Shown: in pieces, positions 39,593-48,974 of the stretch
How positions within the stretch are numbered: position 1 is the stretch's first letter
Layout: each line of letters starts with the position of its first letter
NCBI GenBank assembly: GCA_963707025.1
Contig: CAVPOM010000018.1
Coordinates: forward strand, 576,001 to 640,000
From: an uncultured Verrucomicrobiae bacterium
Lineage (GTDB): Bacteria > Verrucomicrobiota > Verrucomicrobiia > Limisphaerales > Palsa-1400
Length of the DNA: 64,000 nucleotides
Direction: 5' to 3'
Made by a program: the position numbers and the translations under genes
The notes under the pieces: model-generated
What the model saw: only the letters and a program-made list of their open reading frames with translations
Told to the model about the DNA's origin: nothing
The model's database searches: none

Positions 39593-40444
39593 GTGAGCGC
39601 AGAAGCCGAAAAGCCAGCCATCCCGCCGCCGGAGCGGGAGCCGCCGGCGGCGGCGCCGGTGGCCCGGCAGCCGTTGAGCTTTGGCGGAGTGGCCGCGTTT
39701 TCGCAGGCGCCGTGGCGGCGGTTGTTCCTGGCGCAGGCGCTGGCCGCCCTGCTCTGCGCCGCCAGCGCCGTCTGGTTTCTGGGACACTGCTATGCCCCCG
39801 TCATCACGCAGGAGATCCAAAAGATGCCGGAAGGGGCCGGCCTGGCCGGCGGACAACTGGCCGGCCTGCCCGGCATGGCGATTTCTGAAAACAAGTTTCT
39901 CTCCCTCGCCATCACCGCCGATGACGCCGCCGACCTGGATCAAAGCGCCGACGTGCAAATCGCGCTGCGCCGGGACCACCTGGAGATTTCTTCCCTGCTG
40001 AGTTCGGCGCTGGGCTCGCTGGAGTTTGATTACGGCAACCAGTCCGCCCTGGATTTGAGCCGGTCGCGCCTGGAGCCTTGGTGGGGCGCCTGGCGGCCGG
40101 TGGTTTTAGTCGGGGCGGGCCTGGCGGTGGCCGTTTGGCTTTTGCTGCTCTGGGCCACGCTGGCGTGGATTTACTCTCCAGCCGCAAAACTGGTCGCTTG
40201 GTTTTGTGATCGGCGGTTGTCCTGGCCCGGCGCATGGCGGCTGGCCTGCGCTGCGTTGCTGCCGGGAGCGGTCTTGCTGGCCCTGGGCCTGCTGTTCTAC
40301 GGCTGGCAGATGGTGGATATCTTTGGACTTGGTTATTTTTGGACTGTCCATTTATTGGTCGGTTGGGTTTACGTGCTGGCGGCGCCCGCCTTCGCGCCGC
40401 GCTTATTTTCCCCCAAAGAGATTCGCAACCCGTTTCGCCCCTGA
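39593..40444 (+). CDS. Hypothetical membrane protein
   Basis: Several hydrophobic segments; co-oriented after nadK. Confidence 0.7.
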   Translation: MSAEAEKPAIPPPEREPPAAAPVARQPLSFGGVAAFSQAPWRRLFLAQALAALLCAASAVWFLGHCYAPVITQEIQKMPEGAGLAGGQLAGLPGMAISENKFLSLAITADDAADLDQSADVQIALRRDHLEISSLLSSALGSLEFDYGNQSALDLSRSRLEPWWGAWRPVVLVGAGLAVAVWLLLLWATLAWIYSPAAKLVAWFCDRRLSWPGAWRLACAALLPGAVLLALGLLFYGWQMVDIFGLGYFWTVHLLVGWVYVLAAPAFAPRLFSPKEIRNPFRP

Positions 40445-40499
40445 TATTTGCGCAAACAGGCTGTTTTCGGGCCGTCCCAGAAAAGTGAGATAATCCCCG

Positions 40500-40516
40500 C
40501 TGGCACGACGGTTGCT
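40500..40516 (+). promoter_or_regulatory. Sigma54 (-24/-12) promoter
   Basis: CTGGCACGACGGTTGCT is an exact match to TGGCACG-N4-TTGC(A/T), intergenic, about 85 bp before 40599. Confidence 0.8.
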
Positions 40517-40598
40517 GATTCACGTTGGTTTGCACAGTTAACCGGACGCTGAAAACAGCCGATAAGGAGACACGGCCTCGAGCAAACGAGACGAATTT

Positions 40599-40928
40599 AT
40601 GGAACGCAACTTAGAACAACGCAAACAGTACGACGAACCTTTCAAACAAGCCGCCGCCCATTTCTTCCACCACAGCGGCCGGAGCCTGGAAGAAGTCTCC
40701 ACCGAATTGGGCCTGGCTGCGGCTGACCTGCGGACTTGGAAGCGGAAATACCCGCCGCCCCCGGCGCAAAAAACAGCCGCCAAGCCGCTCAACCCCGTCA
40801 GCCAACTCCGGGCCGAGAACCAGGCCTTGCGGGACGAAATCGTGCATTTGAAGGTGCAGTGGGAGGTTCTCAAAACCACCCTCGGCATCCTGTCGGCCAG
40901 CGCCAGCCCGAAGGAGAAATCTGCTTGA
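40599..40928 (+). CDS. Solo IS3 OrfA-like HTH/coiled-coil protein
   Basis: RKQYDEPFKQAA...SLEEVSTELGL...LRTWKRKY...LRAENQALRDE...VLK; no orfB or terminal IRs seen. Confidence 0.75.
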   Translation: MERNLEQRKQYDEPFKQAAAHFFHHSGRSLEEVSTELGLAAADLRTWKRKYPPPPAQKTAAKPLNPVSQLRAENQALRDEIVHLKVQWEVLKTTLGILSASASPKEKSA

Positions 40929-40935
40929 CAATGTT

Positions 40936-41202
40936 ATGAGAAAAGCACCGCGAAATTTGAGCGTGGAGGACCAGGTGCCATTTCGGCCCGTTGGCTTCTC
41001 TCCGCCAAAACCGGCCCATTTCACCCTCTTGCTCAGCCTGCACCGGGACCAAACGGAGGAACCCCGCAAAATACCCGTGGAGCATCTTCCCAGCCCGCGC
41101 AGCCCCATCCTTTTCAAGGTGGCGGCCATGGAGACCTATTCCAGCAACACCCCGCGCCTGAACCGCCGCCGCCAATTCTACGGCCGCTTCCGCTCCGCCT
41201 GA
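40936..41202 (+). CDS. Small basic hypothetical protein
   Basis: 88-aa ORF 7 bp after the previous gene, with AAGGAG upstream. Confidence 0.5.
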   Translation: MRKAPRNLSVEDQVPFRPVGFSPPKPAHFTLLLSLHRDQTEEPRKIPVEHLPSPRSPILFKVAAMETYSSNTPRLNRRRQFYGRFRSA

Positions 41203-41388
41203 TACCCCGTGCCGACTGGCGCCGCCCGTCGCTCCCTCTTCGCCGCCTCTCCGCCTTGGTTGCTGATCCGCGCCGTCTTTCCTTGCTTGGTCACCTTTTG
41301 CCCAGGCAGGACATTACGCTAATAAAGGGCTTGCTCTGACGGATGATCCCGCACTTTTGCAAGGCTGCGGCGATGGGTCCTTTTACCA

Positions 41389-44094
41389 TTAAGAGGCTTG
41401 GCCATCGCCGCTTGCCGGCGGCGGGTTTCCGTCCGCGCCGCCGCCGTCCAAGTCAATGAGAATGTCGCGCGGCTCGGCGCCTTTGTTGGGGCCGACGATG
41501 CCGCGCAGTTCCAGTTCGTCCATGATGCGGGCGGCCCGGGTGTAGCCCAGGCGCAGACGCCGTTGCATGAGGGAGACGCTCGCCTTCTGCTCGCTGCGGA
41601 TGATCTCGATGCACTGCTGGATCAGTTCTTCATCCTCGCCGCTGCCGCCGTTGTCGGCGTCCAGGTCGTCGGTGGATTTCTGGAGTTGTTGATGAATCTC
41701 CACTTCGTAGGTCGGCTTGCCCTGCTTGGCGATAAAGGCCACGATTTTTTCCAGTTCCCCGTCCGTGATCAACGCGCCTTGCACGCGGATTAATTTGGCC
41801 GAGCCGGGCGGCAGGTAGAGCATGTCGCCCTTGCCCAGCAGTTTGTCGGCGCCCATGCCGTCCAAAATGGTGCGGGAATCCACCTTGGCCGCGACCTGGA
41901 AAGCGATGCGGGCCGGGATGTTGGCCTTGATCACGCCGGTGATGACGTCCACGCTGGGCCGCTGGGTGGCGACGATGCAGTGAATGCCGGCGGCGCGCGC
42001 CATTTGGGTGATGCGGGCGATGGCCATTTCCACATCCGCCGGCGCGACCAGCATCAAGTCCGCCAATTCGTCAATCACCACGACAATGTAGCTGAGATAA
42101 TCCGGGATGACGATTTCCTCATCGCGCGGCACCACGATCTCTTCGTCCAATTCCACGGCGAAGCCGTCTGAGCTGACCTCGACCTTTTCCTTTTTGGCCA
42201 GGAGGGGCAGCACCGGTTGAGTCTGGGGCAGGGGTTTATGCTTGGGCCGTTCGTTGAAGGAACGGATGTTGCGCACGCCGACTTTGGCAAAGATCTGGTA
42301 GCGTTTTTCCATTTCATTCACCACCCAGCGCAGGGCGAGGATGACCTTTTTTGGGTCCGTCACCACCGGCACGACCAGATGAGGCAGGGCGTTGTATTGC
42401 TGGAGTTCCACCACCTTGGGATCAATCATGACGAAGCGGAGTTTGTCGGGCGGGAAGCGGTAGAGGAGCGAAGTGATGATGGCGTTGATGCAAACCGATT
42501 TGCCCGAGCCGGTGCTGCCGGCGATGAGCAAGTGGGGCATTTCCGACAGGTCGGCGATGATGGGCAGCCCATAGACGTCCTTGCCCAAGGCCACGGGAAT
42601 GCGGGCTTTGGTGGCGCGCCATTCCTCCGATTCGAACAGGTCCCGCACGATGACCTTGGTCTTGACGGCATTGGGCACCTCCACCCCAACGGAGCTTTTG
42701 CCCGGCACCGGCGCGAGAATGTTGATGCGCTCGGCCTTGAGGGCGGCGGCGATGTTGTTGCTCAAGGCCACGATTTTTTCCAGCTTCACCCCCGGGGCGG
42801 GATGCAGTTCGTAGCGGGTGATGGTCGGACCCTTGGTGATGTCGCCCGGGGAAACCTCGATGTCGAACTGGGCCAGGGTCTGCTGCATGAGACGGGCATT
42901 GGCCATCAATTCCTCTTTCGTCTCCGTCGGCTTGAGTGTGGTGTCGGCGCTTTGCAGGAAGTCCAGGGGCGGCAACTGGTAGTTCCCGATTTTCGGCGCG
43001 GCGGCCACGGTGATCGGTTTGGGCTTGCGCGGGGCGGATTTGGTTTTGGCCGCCGACGGCGGGACGGAGGCCGCGCCCGCGCCTTCGGGAACAGAGGCGG
43101 CCACGGCTGGCGCGCCGGCCTCCGGGACAGCCGCCTCCACTTCGGGCCGGGGTTTGACGCTTTCCTTGCCGGGCGGTTCGACTGTCCCCGCTTTGCCAAG
43201 AATGTCCACGGTGGTGGCCGCGGCAACCTCCTTGGCCGGAATCACCACGCCCTCCTCCGCTGGCGCCGGCTCTTTGGGCGGTTCCTTTTCCTTGGCTTTC
43301 TTCGGCACCGCGGCCGGATTGGATTGGGGGACACTCAAATCGCGCACGGTGGGGACCGGCACCGGCTTCATGTCGGCGCCCAATCCGCTCGGACCGGCCA
43401 CCGTGGCGGCTTTGCCGGATTTGTCCAACTGTTCCTGGAGCAGACGCGCCTGCTTTTCCAGCAAGCGCGCGCGGCGTTCGAGTTCATTCTCGCCGGCCAG
43501 GGCGGCAGCGGCGGCCGCGCTCCCGAAGCGGATGGCCCACCATTGGCGGCACCATTGCCCCAGCCTGAAATTGGTCAGATAGAGAAGGCTGATGAGATAC
43601 AATCCCGCCAAAACGATGCTGCCTCCCACCTTGCCGATGTAGCGCAGACCGTGACGATAGAAAAACTGGCCGACCAGACCGCCGCTGCTGGGAATTTCGA
43701 GGCGGGCTTGAGCCCATTTGTCGAGGCCGGGACCGGTCTCGAACATGCTGAGCAGCCCCATGCAGCAGACGATCAGAACCGCCCCCCAAACCCAGCGCTG
43801 TTGCAAATAAGAGAGAAACCCAACCAAATAACCCAGGCCGAACATCATGAGCAAGGCCGGGACCATGTAGGCGGTCAACCCAAAAGCCCAGAACAGCCAG
43901 AGGCCCAGGCGCGCCCCGACCGGTCCAATCAAGTTATTGAGCGGATTGTTGGTGGCGGTGTGATTGGCCGGAAGGTCTCTGGGATCGTAGGAAAGCAAGG
44001 CGCACAACAACAAAAGGCCTGTCAAACACAAGACGATGCCGATGACATCATTGACTCCATGCTGGTGCGAACGCGCTGCGTCTTTCCGAGGCAT
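41389..44094 (-). CDS. ftsK: DNA translocase FtsK
   Basis: N-terminal 4TM domain, HLLIAGSTGSGKS, MIDPK, IDELADLM, ATQRPS and gamma domain LGYTRAARIMD. Confidence 0.97.
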   Translation of the reverse strand: MPRKDAARSHQHGVNDVIGIVLCLTGLLLLCALLSYDPRDLPANHTATNNPLNNLIGPVGARLGLWLFWAFGLTAYMVPALLMMFGLGYLVGFLSYLQQRWVWGAVLIVCCMGLLSMFETGPGLDKWAQARLEIPSSGGLVGQFFYRHGLRYIGKVGGSIVLAGLYLISLLYLTNFRLGQWCRQWWAIRFGSAAAAAALAGENELERRARLLEKQARLLQEQLDKSGKAATVAGPSGLGADMKPVPVPTVRDLSVPQSNPAAVPKKAKEKEPPKEPAPAEEGVVIPAKEVAAATTVDILGKAGTVEPPGKESVKPRPEVEAAVPEAGAPAVAASVPEGAGAASVPPSAAKTKSAPRKPKPITVAAAPKIGNYQLPPLDFLQSADTTLKPTETKEELMANARLMQQTLAQFDIEVSPGDITKGPTITRYELHPAPGVKLEKIVALSNNIAAALKAERINILAPVPGKSSVGVEVPNAVKTKVIVRDLFESEEWRATKARIPVALGKDVYGLPIIADLSEMPHLLIAGSTGSGKSVCINAIITSLLYRFPPDKLRFVMIDPKVVELQQYNALPHLVVPVVTDPKKVILALRWVVNEMEKRYQIFAKVGVRNIRSFNERPKHKPLPQTQPVLPLLAKKEKVEVSSDGFAVELDEEIVVPRDEEIVIPDYLSYIVVVIDELADLMLVAPADVEMAIARITQMARAAGIHCIVATQRPSVDVITGVIKANIPARIAFQVAAKVDSRTILDGMGADKLLGKGDMLYLPPGSAKLIRVQGALITDGELEKIVAFIAKQGKPTYEVEIHQQLQKSTDDLDADNGGSGEDEELIQQCIEIIRSEQKASVSLMQRRLRLGYTRAARIMDELELRGIVGPNKGAEPRDILIDLDGGGADGNPPPASGDGQAS

Positions 44095-44205
44095 GAGCGC
44101 AGTCTAAAGTTGAATGCGCCGGGTGCAAAGAGCAAAGTTGCCGCGCCGCTTTGGCCGGCACGGCAACCTGTTCCACGCCAGAATCTTCATCCCGCCCAAT
44201 CGCCG

Positions 44206-45570
44206 TCAACGGTCGCTCTTGCCACCGGGCGCTTCCTTGGAGTCTTTGGCATCTTTCGCGTCCCTGCCTCCAGGCACGCCACGCGTCCCGGCTTCCGGCC
44301 CGCCGCGCATGCCGGGTCCGCCGCGTTCCGGCCCGCCGGGAGGGACTGGCCCGCCTCTCCGCAGCTCTTCCGGCCGGCGGGGCGCATCGCGAGATTCCAG
44401 GCTCCGGCGCAGGGGATCGCCGGCGGGGCGCGACTGGATTTCCTTGACCCGTTCAATGGTGCGGGTTCTTTCCAGTTCCCGTCCCCGCTCAATTCGCGAG
44501 TCGCGGATGGCGATTCTATCCACCACCACGGCATGGTGCGAGAAGAGGGCGACGCGGTCGCGGCCCAGGCCATCAAAGACCAGCCGGCCGTCCACAAACC
44601 GGTGCTCATTCATCACCAGGCTGCCGCGAAACACCATCCCCATCCGCTCCCGCGGGAGGAGGAAGGGCCGGTAATCATGGTCCCAGAAATGGTCGTAGCC
44701 GATAAAGATATAGTCATCCGGCAGCAGGCCAAAATCCACATCCACCGCCAGGCCTCCGCGATACATCAAACCGACGCCCACTTCAAAGCGAGCGGCGGGC
44801 GGCAAGGGCGCCCAGCCGGCAAAGCCTTCGGCATGGCGCCAGGAAACCCAGGCCGGAGCCCAATCATAGCCGGGAACCCAGACCCAGCCGTAGCGAAAAT
44901 CCCGCACCCACCGGCCATAATGAAACACGATGTCCCCGTAAGGAGCGTCGGAATGCCAAAACCATCCTGCATCGGTGTATTGCCACCAGCCCTGATTGAA
45001 GTAGGGCCGCCATCCTGGCATTTGGACCGCGTCGTTCGGTCTCCAGACCGGGCCGTAAGGGGGCACATCGTACCAATTGCCGAAAGGCCCGAGTTGATCC
45101 TGAAAATAATTCAGATTGATTTCCGATCCCGGCGGCGCGACGGGCCGCACGTAGGCGTCCGGCGGCGCCGGCATGGCCGGAGCCTGCGCCGGCATTCCGT
45201 ACGGCGGCGGGGCTGGAGTGGAGGGCGGGGGCACGGGCACAGGCCCGCCGTAGGGCTGGGGCGCAGCCGGCTTCATCTGTTGCAACAAAGCGATGACATT
45301 GGCCGAGACGCCCTGGCTGTTGAGATAGAGAATGTCGTCGGCGCTCAAGGAGTAAGCCGCTCCGGAGTTTTTGATTTGCGCCATGATGATATCGTCCGGC
45401 AGGTGGGCCTGGGCCAATTTCACCACATCCAGCAAGGCCGGCGAAAGGTTGGCCGGGGCCGTTTGGGCGCGCCCCACGCTCTGCCCGCTCCAGCAAAGCC
45501 AGCCGAGGGCGAGGCAGACCGCGGCGGCGGCCATGGTTCTCTGCCACTTCGAGGTACCGTTTGTTTTCAT
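44206..45570 (-). CDS. Secreted Pro/Trp-rich protein (DUF6600-like)
   Basis: Signal peptide; FQDQLGPFGNW, WRPY, FHYGRW, WVWVPG..WAPAWVSWR and GWAPLPP motifs. Confidence 0.8.
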   Translation of the reverse strand: MKTNGTSKWQRTMAAAAVCLALGWLCWSGQSVGRAQTAPANLSPALLDVVKLAQAHLPDDIIMAQIKNSGAAYSLSADDILYLNSQGVSANVIALLQQMKPAAPQPYGGPVPVPPPSTPAPPPYGMPAQAPAMPAPPDAYVRPVAPPGSEINLNYFQDQLGPFGNWYDVPPYGPVWRPNDAVQMPGWRPYFNQGWWQYTDAGWFWHSDAPYGDIVFHYGRWVRDFRYGWVWVPGYDWAPAWVSWRHAEGFAGWAPLPPAARFEVGVGLMYRGGLAVDVDFGLLPDDYIFIGYDHFWDHDYRPFLLPRERMGMVFRGSLVMNEHRFVDGRLVFDGLGRDRVALFSHHAVVVDRIAIRDSRIERGRELERTRTIERVKEIQSRPAGDPLRRSLESRDAPRRPEELRRGGPVPPGGPERGGPGMRGGPEAGTRGVPGGRDAKDAKDSKEAPGGKSDR

Positions 45571-45718
45571 AAAAATGCTTCCGTTTGGGAGCCTTCCCGG
45601 CTCCTCGCTTAAAACCGGTCAACTTGGCAACCGGACCAAGTCGTCCCACCAGCCAATACGCCACTGGCGGGAGAATCTTGCAACACAAAAAGTTTGAACG
45701 GGAGCGCCGGCGGCTCGT

Positions 45719-46978
45719 TCAATCGAGCAGGAGGGGTTTGAGGTGGCGTTGGTAGAGGTTTCGGGTGACGTTGCGGGCGACGGTCTGGGCGCAGGCGTCG
45801 AGCATGTTCAGGTAGCGCGGGCCGTGTTGGGCGGCGATTTTGTAGCCGACATGCAACAACTGGCGGACGTGCGGATTGAATTCCGGACAGCGCGGGTCGT
45901 GACGGAGCGCGGCGGCGAATTGCGCGGCGGTCCAGCGGGCGACTTGTTCCCTGGCCGGCAATTTGGCGGGGTCAATGTCAATGACCGAGGCGTAGGGGGC
46001 GCATAAATCGGCGCGGTGGCCGAGGGCCTGCGCGTAGATTTCCTGGGCGAGCGCGAGGCCGTCGCCGCCGGCTTCGGCCAGGCCGATCAATTCCTCCAGC
46101 CAGGTGGTGCCGGCGGTTTTGAGGTGGAGGCCGGCGTTGAATTTGGCCAGGGCGCGGCGGATGGGCTGGTAGAGGGAGAATTTGTCGCTGCCGGAATGGA
46201 CGCTGAGCTTGAGGTTTTGCGGCAGGCCGTAATGTTTGACGGCAAAGGCGATGACGGCGAGGTCTTCGCTGAATTCCCGCTCGAACTGGCCGACATCGCC
46301 CACGTAATCCACGCCCTTGTTGAAGCGCCCGGTGAATTTTGGGGCGATGGTTTGCAGCGCGATTTTTTCATCGGCCATGGCCGCCAGGATGATGAGCAGT
46401 TCCGGCGGGGTCTGGGCGGTGCCGGTTTCGTCCATGGAAACTTCGGCGATGAAGTTGCCCGCGCCTTTGGCCTGGGCGATGTGCCGGAAAATCTTCCCCG
46501 CCTCCTGCACGGCGCAAAGATATTGGCCGGCCACGCGGGAGACTTCGGCGCGATTCAGCTCAAAGGACCGCTGGATGCCGGGGATTTCCAGGCGGCCGGC
46601 CAGTGCGGCATGACGGTCCACAAAGGCCCGCAAGGCGCTCTCCGGCGCGGGCCTGCCAATGGAGTCGGCGACGTCAATGGTGAAAAAGTCGGAAGAGTCG
46701 AGAAAGGCGTCCACCGTGTCCAGCCGGATGTGGTCGGCGTCCACATGCCACGGTTTTTTCCAGCCGAGTTGGGCGACGGCTTTGGCCGCCGCCTCCCGGA
46801 CGCTGGCGGGCTTGGAGCCGATGATGAGATGTTCGCGATTGGATTTGTTCCAAACGGGGGTGACCTCGACGCCCTGGCCGGCGGCCAGGATGACGGCCTG
46901 CAATTGGGCCCCGGCCTGATGGGCAAACCGGTCGCCCATGCCAAAGGAAAATTTTCCGAGGGATGCGGAGTTGTTCAT
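45719..46978 (-). CDS. uxaE: Tagaturonate/fructuronate epimerase
   Basis: SFGMGDRF, DADH, EVSMDET, KLSVHSGSDKFS and HLKTAGTTWLE motifs. Confidence 0.9.
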   Translation of the reverse strand: MNNSASLGKFSFGMGDRFAHQAGAQLQAVILAAGQGVEVTPVWNKSNREHLIIGSKPASVREAAAKAVAQLGWKKPWHVDADHIRLDTVDAFLDSSDFFTIDVADSIGRPAPESALRAFVDRHAALAGRLEIPGIQRSFELNRAEVSRVAGQYLCAVQEAGKIFRHIAQAKGAGNFIAEVSMDETGTAQTPPELLIILAAMADEKIALQTIAPKFTGRFNKGVDYVGDVGQFEREFSEDLAVIAFAVKHYGLPQNLKLSVHSGSDKFSLYQPIRRALAKFNAGLHLKTAGTTWLEELIGLAEAGGDGLALAQEIYAQALGHRADLCAPYASVIDIDPAKLPAREQVARWTAAQFAAALRHDPRCPEFNPHVRQLLHVGYKIAAQHGPRYLNMLDACAQTVARNVTRNLYQRHLKPLLLD

Positions 46979-47095
46979 GGGCACGAGTTTAAAGATGGCC
47001 GGGAGGGTGACAACGCAAAACGCATCGCCAAAACTGGTGAAGGCAGGAAAGAACCTTGCCGGGCGGCGCGGGTTTTGGTTACGTTTTCCAAACTT

Positions 47096-48904
47096 GTGAA
47101 TTCCAGCACGGCAAACCGGCCCGCCGCCAGCCATTACCGCTGGGTGATTTGCGCCCTGCTGTTTTTCGCCACAACGTTCAATTACCTTGACCGGCAGGTC
47201 ATCAGCTACTTGAAGGATCCGATCTTCTGCGCGCCGGTGGCAGAGGGCGGCTTCGGCTGGTCGAACACGGACTTTGCGAATTTGACTTCCTTCTTCACCG
47301 CGTTTTACGCCGGCATGACCATCATCGCCGGCTGGGTCATTGACAAAATCGGCACAAAAATCGGACTGGCGCTCTCGCTCATCTTCTGGTCGGTGTTCGG
47401 CATGGCCAATGCCTTCGTGGGACGGCTGGTGACGATGCACATTCTGGTGCGCAGCGCCTTTGCCGTGGGCGAAGGCGGGAACTTCCCCGCTTCCATCAAA
47501 ACGGTCGCGGAATGGTTTCCCAAACGCGAACGCGCCCTGGCCACCGGCATTTTCAACAGCGGCTCAAACTTCGGCGCGATGGTGGCCGCCCTCTTCGTTC
47601 CGTGGTGCCTGCTTTATTTCGGCGATGAAAGCGGATGGAAAATGGCCTTCATCATCACCGGCGCGGCGGGTTTTCTCTGGCTGATTTTTTGGTTCTGGCT
47701 TTATGAAATTCCCGCCGGACAAAAGCGGCTTTCCCAGGCGGAATTTGATTATATTCACAGCGACAAGGAGGATGCCACCACCGAGGAAAAGCCGGGCAAG
47801 GGCGTCTTCGGAAAACTTTTCTCCGTCAGGGGCCGGATTCCGCGCGGCGCTTTTTGGGGAACGATGATTCTGATCGGCATTTTGACTCTGTTTGTCTGTT
47901 TGATGACCAGCCTGATCGTGACTCACGGCGCGCATCTTTATGTTCCCGGTTTGGGTGTCAAGGGTATTATTGACAACATCTTTGTCATCCCCGATGCCAG
48001 TTTTTCCATGATTGTTCATGGCAGGATTAATGCTTATGACAATCTCAACATTTTTGCCCTGGCCTTTCGCCTGGCCTGGCTGTTGGTCGTGGCCTGGATC
48101 GCCATTGCTCTGCAAATAAAGCGATGGCATGACCTGGAAAAAACCGGCTGGCTTGTCCTGATCAACCTCGTGCCGGGCGTTGGAAGCGTGGTATCGCTCC
48201 TGGTTTTGGGATTCTGCAAAGGCAGTTCCGGCTCGAATAAATTCGGCAACGAAGGCAGCCCCGGGTTGCTGGGTTACCGGCAAACCTGGTCGTTTTTCTG
48301 GGGGAAATTTCTCACCGACGGCGTGTGGTGGTTCTACCTTTTCTGGCTGCCGGATTATTTGAACAAGCAATTTGGCATGACCAAGGAGCAGGTCATGATG
48401 CCGACGTTCATCGTTTACGGAGTCTCCATTGTCGGCAGCGTTTATGGCGGCAGCATTCCCATGACGCTCATTAAGAAGGGCATGGCGGTTTACAAGGCCC
48501 GCATGCTGGCGATGTTCCTCATCGCCCTGGCTCCGCTGACCGTTTTGGCGACACAGTATTTTGGCAACGTCGGCGAGTTTGGGAAATGGGCCGCCGTGCT
48601 GGCCGTCGCGACGATTTGCATCGGCGCCGCCGCGCATCAGGCCTGGTCCGCGAACCTGTTCACCACCGTTTCCGACATGTTCCCGAAAAAGACGGTCGGT
48701 TCGGTCACGGGCATTGGCGCCATGGCCGGCGGCCTGGGCGGCGTGGTGGTTCAGCAACTCGCCGGCGGCCTGACCGATGCCTTGAAGGAGAATCCGCAGA
48801 CCGCCTACCTCGTCATGTTCCTTGTCTGCGCCTTGAGTTACCTCGTCGCCTGGGGAATCATGAAAGCGCTCGTGCCACGCCACCAACCCATCACAGATTT
48901 ATAA
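47096..48904 (+). CDS. exuT: Hexuronate MFS transporter (ExuT-like) with an inserted DUF805-like domain
   Basis: FATTFNYLDRQ, EWFPKRERALATGIFNSG, FYLFWLPDYL and AHQAWSANLFT motifs; an extra ~150 aa in the central loop. Confidence 0.85.
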   Translation: MNSSTANRPAASHYRWVICALLFFATTFNYLDRQVISYLKDPIFCAPVAEGGFGWSNTDFANLTSFFTAFYAGMTIIAGWVIDKIGTKIGLALSLIFWSVFGMANAFVGRLVTMHILVRSAFAVGEGGNFPASIKTVAEWFPKRERALATGIFNSGSNFGAMVAALFVPWCLLYFGDESGWKMAFIITGAAGFLWLIFWFWLYEIPAGQKRLSQAEFDYIHSDKEDATTEEKPGKGVFGKLFSVRGRIPRGAFWGTMILIGILTLFVCLMTSLIVTHGAHLYVPGLGVKGIIDNIFVIPDASFSMIVHGRINAYDNLNIFALAFRLAWLLVVAWIAIALQIKRWHDLEKTGWLVLINLVPGVGSVVSLLVLGFCKGSSGSNKFGNEGSPGLLGYRQTWSFFWGKFLTDGVWWFYLFWLPDYLNKQFGMTKEQVMMPTFIVYGVSIVGSVYGGSIPMTLIKKGMAVYKARMLAMFLIALAPLTVLATQYFGNVGEFGKWAAVLAVATICIGAAAHQAWSANLFTTVSDMFPKKTVGSVTGIGAMAGGLGGVVVQQLAGGLTDALKENPQTAYLVMFLVCALSYLVAWGIMKALVPRHQPITDL

Positions 48905-48974
48905 AATCTTCCGCTGAAAAACAACAGCCCGCTGCGGCAGGCCGCTGCCACGGGCTGAATTTTTCGCAGCGCGA

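Noticed and set aside
41326..41385. Possible ribozyme or small RNA (CTGACGGATGA...)
   Set aside because: No complete hammerhead or other consensus; more likely a hairpin between convergent genes.
42217..45612. 1131-aa plus-strand ORF and other long antisense ORFs (e.g. 22891-25335, 9986-11851, 49207-51144)
   Set aside because: Shadow ORFs opposite well-supported genes in GC-rich DNA, with no recognisable motifs.
46016..47095. N-terminal extension making a 962-aa MFS protein
   Set aside because: The extension is antisense to uxaE; the real start is probably GTG at 47096.
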